Shown here in pieces: positions 25,243-29,317 of a DNA stretch of 29,317 nucleotides. Made by a program: the position numbers and the translations under genes. The stretch is taken from positions 1-29,317 of IMG/VR virus record IMGVR_UViG_3300030332_000794; one strand, given 5' to 3'. The number at the start of each line of letters is the position of its first letter. Within the stretch, counting starts at the first letter, position 1. This DNA is from a virus. Lineage: Duplodnaviria; Caudoviricetes. Below the pieces are notes generated by a model. That model saw only the letters and a program-made list of their open reading frames with translations, ran no database searches and was not told the DNA's origin.

Positions 25243-25367
25243 TGCCAGCAGGTAAAGGAACATACGGTTCGACCCGAGGAAGACCGCCAAAGAAAGGGAA
25301 ATCAAATGCCAAAGTACGGAAAAAGAAGCAGAGAAAGACTAAAAGGCGTAAACGCAAAGCTAGTTAA
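25242..25367 (+). CDS. Very basic AT-hook-like peptide (41 aa)
   Basis: Not in ORF track: MPAGKGTYGSTRGRPPKKGKSNAKVRKKKQRKTKRRKRKAS; strong AAGGAGG RBS; RGRP motif. Confidence 0.7.
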   Translation: MPAGKGTYGSTRGRPPKKGKSNAKVRKKKQRKTKRRKRKAS

Positions 25368-25686
25368 TGTCTTAAACGAACTCATTAAGATCATGGACGT
25401 TACTATTATTGAAGGTCTGCGATCAGAGGAGCGTCAGGCAGAGCTTCTTAAAAAAGGTGCGACTAAGGTTAAATATAGCAAACATATGGAAGGAAAAGCG
25501 GTTGATGTTGCTCCGTATCCTGTTGATTGGGATGATCGTGAAAGGTTTCATTATATGGGCGGTATGCTACGTGGTATAGGCCACGAAATGGGAGTAAAAA
25601 TCCGATGGGGCGGCGACTGGGATTCTGATGGCGAAATAAAAGATAACAATTTTGATGACTTAGTTCATGTGGAGATTAGAGACTAA
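25306..25686 (+). CDS. M15-family (L-Ala-D-Glu) peptidase endolysin
   Basis: EGLRS..RQ, SKH...AVD, RWGGDW, DLVHVE zinc-peptidase motifs. Confidence 0.9.
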   Translation: MPKYGKRSRERLKGVNAKLVNVLNELIKIMDVTIIEGLRSEERQAELLKKGATKVKYSKHMEGKAVDVAPYPVDWDDRERFHYMGGMLRGIGHEMGVKIRWGGDWDSDGEIKDNNFDDLVHVEIRD

Positions 25687-27929
25687 TGGCACGCAAATCA
25701 CGAAAACTAGCTGATAAAGTATCAGACCTCTTCTTAAAGGCAAATAGCTCAGATAGGCAAAACTGGGAAGCAAATGCTCAGAAGAGCTACGAGTTCTTCC
25801 TAGGGGATCAGCTATCAAAAGATGAGAAAGACGACTTGCAAAGTGGTGGAATGCCTGATTTTATTATCAATAGAATAACTCCTGTCATAGAAATGATGAA
25901 GTACTTCACTACCGCTAATACACCAAGATGGCAGGCAGTTGGAGCAGAGCAAAGTGATAGCGATGTAGCAGCAGTCCATGCAGATATAGCAGACTACTGT
26001 TGGTATAATTCTAACGGTGGCAGTCTATATTCTAGTGTTATTCAAGACGCACTTATAAGAGGTGTTGGTTATATGCAGGTAGATGTAGACCCAGACCAAG
26101 ACCGTGGAATGGGAGAAGTCGTATTTAACACTGTAGACCCATTTGATGTTTATGTAGACCCCACATCGAGAGATTTCTTATTCAGAGATGCTAATTATAT
26201 TATAGTAAAAAAGGATATACCTAAAGAAGAACTACAGAGAATCTATCCAGAGTTTAAAAGAAAGATAAAATCAGCTTCATCTGTAAATGTCAATCTTAGC
26301 GGAGGGTTCAGTAGTCGGGATTTTGATGATACTGATCTTACTTTTAGAGAAGAAATAACGGTTGCATACAAACAAGATGGTGAAGAAGATGAGATAATTG
26401 ACTTATATGAATGTTATTTTAAAGAGAAAGTTCCTTTCGTAAATATATTTGTGAACATGCCGCCCTCGAGAGAAGAAATGGCAGAGATTAGTAAAAGGGT
26501 AGAAGAGGAAATAGCAGATTTTGCTAAAGAGATGGAAGTCCAGATAGTAGAAAAAGAATATAATTTAATGGAAGCTGTACAGAAAGGCGAAATAATTGAA
26601 GAAAGAGCTAGGCTTGAAATAGAAAGAGCTAAGAGAGATGCTGTAGATCAGATAGAGAACAAAAAGAATGTATTAACTAGCCAGTTAGAAGAACAAAAAT
26701 CAAGAATAGAAAATAGAGTAGTTACAGAAGGCGAATTTAACATACTGATGGCTGATGAAAATTTGTCATCAACTATAGTCGATTCAGTAAAGTTTTATGA
26801 AGATAGAATAAAAATGGTAGTGACAGTTGGTGATAAACTATTGTATGACAGTGCTCTCGCAGTCAAAGAATATCCAATTGTACCATTTGTCTATCAACAT
26901 ACAGGAACTCCTTTTGCACTTGGAGCTGTATCTCCATTAGTAGGTAAGCAGAGAGAGATAAATAAAGCTCATCAAATCATGATCCATAACGCCAATTTAG
27001 CATCAAACCTAAGATGGTTCTATGAAGAAGGCTCCATTCCAGAAGATGAATGGGAACAATATTCCTCATCACCGGGAGCTTTATTGAAATACAGACAAGG
27101 ATTTACCCCTCCCACTCCCGTCCAGCCCCTTCCACTAAACGCAGCTTTTTACAATATTACTCAAAATGCTAAACAGGACATGGAGTATACTTCTGGAATT
27201 TATTCGTCAATGCAAGGCGACACGGGTTCCGGGCCTGAGACATACAGAGGTCTGCTTGCTATGGATGAGTATGGAACAAGACGCATAAAATCATGGATGC
27301 AAAATATAATTGAGCCGTCTCTTGAGCATCTAGGGAAAATCTTTAGAGACTTTGCACAAGATACATATCAAGCTCATAAGGTATTTAGAATAGTACAGCC
27401 AAATAATATAAATGAAGAAAAAGTTGTTGAGATAAACGTACCAATCTATAATGACTACGGTGATGCTATAAGGAAATGGAATGATTACGCAACTGCAAGA
27501 TTTGATATAAGAATTATGGGAGGTTCTACATTGCCTCTTAATAGATGGGCTCTTCTTGAGGAATACTTTAAGTGGTTCCAATCGGGATTAATAGATGATA
27601 TAGCAATGCTATCAGAAACGGATGTTAGAAATAAAGAATCAATTATCAAGAGAAAGAGTGTTTATATGCAACTCCGAAATCAAGTAGAAGAATTGACAAG
27701 TATTGTCACAGATAGGGAAGGCACTATAGAAACACTTGAAAGACAGTTAGTCCAATCAGGTATACAAGATAAAGTAAAAGATGCTGATGTAAAAATTCAA
27801 AAAGACTTACTCGAAACAGAGGCTGCACAAAGCATGTTTAGAGAAAAGATGAAAAGCGACACTAACTTAAAGTTAAAAGAACTAGGCTTAGCAGTCTCAG
27901 ACGCTAAGAAAAAACAAGCAAAGAAATAG
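25686..27929 (+). CDS. Portal protein (P22-like)
   Basis: 747 aa downstream of TerL; FFLGDQ, INRITP, DPFDVYVDP, YPIVPF, QREINK motifs and a long C-terminal coiled coil. Confidence 0.88.
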   Translation: MARKSRKLADKVSDLFLKANSSDRQNWEANAQKSYEFFLGDQLSKDEKDDLQSGGMPDFIINRITPVIEMMKYFTTANTPRWQAVGAEQSDSDVAAVHADIADYCWYNSNGGSLYSSVIQDALIRGVGYMQVDVDPDQDRGMGEVVFNTVDPFDVYVDPTSRDFLFRDANYIIVKKDIPKEELQRIYPEFKRKIKSASSVNVNLSGGFSSRDFDDTDLTFREEITVAYKQDGEEDEIIDLYECYFKEKVPFVNIFVNMPPSREEMAEISKRVEEEIADFAKEMEVQIVEKEYNLMEAVQKGEIIEERARLEIERAKRDAVDQIENKKNVLTSQLEEQKSRIENRVVTEGEFNILMADENLSSTIVDSVKFYEDRIKMVVTVGDKLLYDSALAVKEYPIVPFVYQHTGTPFALGAVSPLVGKQREINKAHQIMIHNANLASNLRWFYEEGSIPEDEWEQYSSSPGALLKYRQGFTPPTPVQPLPLNAAFYNITQNAKQDMEYTSGIYSSMQGDTGSGPETYRGLLAMDEYGTRRIKSWMQNIIEPSLEHLGKIFRDFAQDTYQAHKVFRIVQPNNINEEKVVEINVPIYNDYGDAIRKWNDYATARFDIRIMGGSTLPLNRWALLEEYFKWFQSGLIDDIAMLSETDVRNKESIIKRKSVYMQLRNQVEELTSIVTDREGTIETLERQLVQSGIQDKVKDADVKIQKDLLETEAAQSMFREKMKSDTNLKLKELGLAVSDAKKKQAKK

Positions 27930-27971
27930 TTTTTTTTATTTGTAGTTTGTGTTATAAGTTAAGGAGTAATT

Positions 27972-28835
27972 ATGACTGAAGCTAAAACAGACAACCTTGA
28001 GGCAGATATACTTGCCGAAAGCTCTGAAAGTGAAAGTCAAGAAGCTGATAACTTTTTTGAAGCTCTTGACCGCAAGGTAAACGAAGGTATACTGGAGCCT
28101 GAAGAGAACACAGCCGATACTGGTGCTTATGAACAGAATTTAGAGGAAACCTCGGAAACGGGCCCTCAAGAATATTCTGAACAAGAGCATGACTGGGAGA
28201 AAAGGTATAAAGACTCAAGCTCGGAGGCAAGACGATTAAATGATAAAGTCTCTGAATTTGAACCTTACTTACCTATTCTTGACGCAATGAAGCAAGACCC
28301 AAATCTAATTTCTCATGTGAGGAATTATTTTGAAGGAGGAGGTGATCCTCCTAAGAGTGTCAAAGAGCAACTTGGATTGGATGAAGATTTTATCTTTGAT
28401 CCAGACGAGGCTATTGGAAATAGCGGTTCTGATTCTTCAAAGGTGCTTCAATCGGTTATTGACGGAGTAGTGCAACGCAGACTAAAGGGCTTTGCCCAAG
28501 GTCAGCAAAAAGCTACTCAGGTGCAAACTCAGGAATCTGATTTTCGACAACGTCATGATATGAGTGAAGAAGAATGGAAAGAGTTCCAAGATTACAGTAA
28601 ATCAAGGACATTAACTCTTGACGATATTTACTTTTTAAAGAATAGAGATAACCGTGATAGGCAAGTAGCTGATTCTACTCGTAAAGAGATGAAAGATCAG
28701 ATGCAAAGAGTCAGAACTAAGCCTCAATCAGTAGCCAAATCAGGCCGATCTGGTAAAGTTGAACGATCCGATGAAGATGTAATCTTTGATTCGATATTGG
28801 GTGTTGACAAGGAACTAGAATCGGCATTTGGTTAA
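27972..28835 (+). CDS. Capsid scaffolding protein
   Basis: Acidic N-terminus, WEKRYKDS coiled coil, position between portal and capsid genes. Confidence 0.7.
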   Translation: MTEAKTDNLEADILAESSESESQEADNFFEALDRKVNEGILEPEENTADTGAYEQNLEETSETGPQEYSEQEHDWEKRYKDSSSEARRLNDKVSEFEPYLPILDAMKQDPNLISHVRNYFEGGGDPPKSVKEQLGLDEDFIFDPDEAIGNSGSDSSKVLQSVIDGVVQRRLKGFAQGQQKATQVQTQESDFRQRHDMSEEEWKEFQDYSKSRTLTLDDIYFLKNRDNRDRQVADSTRKEMKDQMQRVRTKPQSVAKSGRSGKVERSDEDVIFDSILGVDKELESAFG

Positions 28836-28881
28836 AATTATGAGACCATATGCCTTAATTGAAAAATAAGGAGAAGGAAAA

Positions 28882-29317
28882 ATGGCAGATGTATTTAGCC
28901 TCGAAAGTGGCTTAACTGAAACCTCATCGCCTTCTGGTCTTAGTCCAGCGTCATCCACCATTTCAACTGGTGATCTTCGTAGAAAATATAACTTTGGAGA
29001 CAGGGTATCGGAACTAGCAATAGCTCAAGACCCTTTTTTCCGATTTGTATCTCAAGTAGCGAAGAAACCTACGGATGACCCTGAATTTAAGTTCACAGAA
29101 AGACGACCTTCGTTTCACAAAAGGTATGCCTATGTGACTGGTTGGAGCGCCGCAACTTTTGCTGGCGACGCTGGCACAATGAACCAAGCTACAGTTACTT
29201 CTACTCTGGTAGACGGAGCTGGTGATATCCTTTATGTACAGATGGAGACTGATTATAAGTCTTCTGGTAACGTAACGAATATCTATGGTTCAACTGGCGA
29301 TGCCTTTAAAGTAGGAT
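28882..29317 (+). CDS. Major capsid protein, 3'-truncated
   Basis: Not in ORF track; open to the window end: MADVFSLESG...GDLRRKYNFGDRVSELAIAQDPFFRFVSQVAKKPTDDPEFKFTERR...; AAGGAG RBS; follows the scaffold gene. Confidence 0.8.
   Translation, partial: MADVFSLESGLTETSSPSGLSPASSTISTGDLRRKYNFGDRVSELAIAQDPFFRFVSQVAKKPTDDPEFKFTERRPSFHKRYAYVTGWSAATFAGDAGTMNQATVTSTLVDGAGDILYVQMETDYKSSGNVTNIYGSTGDAFKVG

Larger units (their letters stand above)
1..29317. mobile_element. Tailed bacteriophage genome segment (podovirus-like head module, putative virion RNAP)
   Basis: TerL, portal, scaffold, capsid, endolysin, DnaB, Sak-like and Cas4-like genes lie in tightly packed operons; no cellular housekeeping genes or att/integrase seen. 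Confidence 0.97.

Noticed and set aside
27930-27960. Terminator or promoter between portal and scaffold genes
   Set aside because: The T-run has no preceding GC stem; only an extended -10-like TGTTATAAG without a -35, too close to the RBS to call.
113-28230. Short opposite-strand or nested ORFs in the track (e.g. 8056-8475, 10143-10523, 13091-13456, 20523-20759, 23895-24197)
   Set aside because: They are shadows of well-supported genes or run across a terminator; no convincing RBS or motifs.
28804-28854. TTGACA promoter and hairpin before the capsid gene
   Set aside because: The nearest -10-like TAAAAT is 23 nt away; the GGCAT-T-TGGT/ACCA-T-ATGCC hairpin lacks a U-tract and its function is unsupported.
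1-29317. Stop-codon reassignment as in some crAss-like phages
   Set aside because: Long ORFs are intact in the standard code, and TAA, TAG and TGA all end genes that are followed directly by the next start.

Overview
The whole window is an AT-rich, gene-dense tailed-phage genome segment in the standard genetic code, with no host housekeeping genes, integrase, tRNA or CRISPR array visible. It has three blocks. (1) 1-6676 (+) is the end of a virion/ejection module: the 5'-truncated C-terminal part of a giant two-barrel RNA polymerase (R-x-P-T...HP...G-DHDGD and AVDNAK motifs), then a 1236-aa probable internal virion protein. (2) 6743-20892 (-) is a complete early/replication arm: many small unknown genes, a ParB-like protein, Cas4-like exonuclease, Sak/Rad52-like annealase, SSB-like protein, DUF932 protein, adenine methyltransferase, DnaB helicase and RuvC-like resolvase. 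I recognise no DNA polymerase or primase. (3) 21082-29317 (+) is the packaging/head module: TerS-like, Zn-ribbon metallophosphoesterase, TerL, AT-hook peptide, M15 endolysin, P22-like portal, scaffold and the start of the major capsid protein. Two things stand out. One is the putative virion-packaged RNAP in a phage that is otherwise not crAss-like. The other is a set of six structured minus-strand intergenic RNA elements. Two of them are three-way junctions exposing anti-Shine-Dalgarno sequences complementary to the phage's own RBSs, and three are packed back-to-back at 15.5-15.8 kb with cross-complementarity. All protein calls are motif recognition by eye and all RNA folds are manual; no searches were run.
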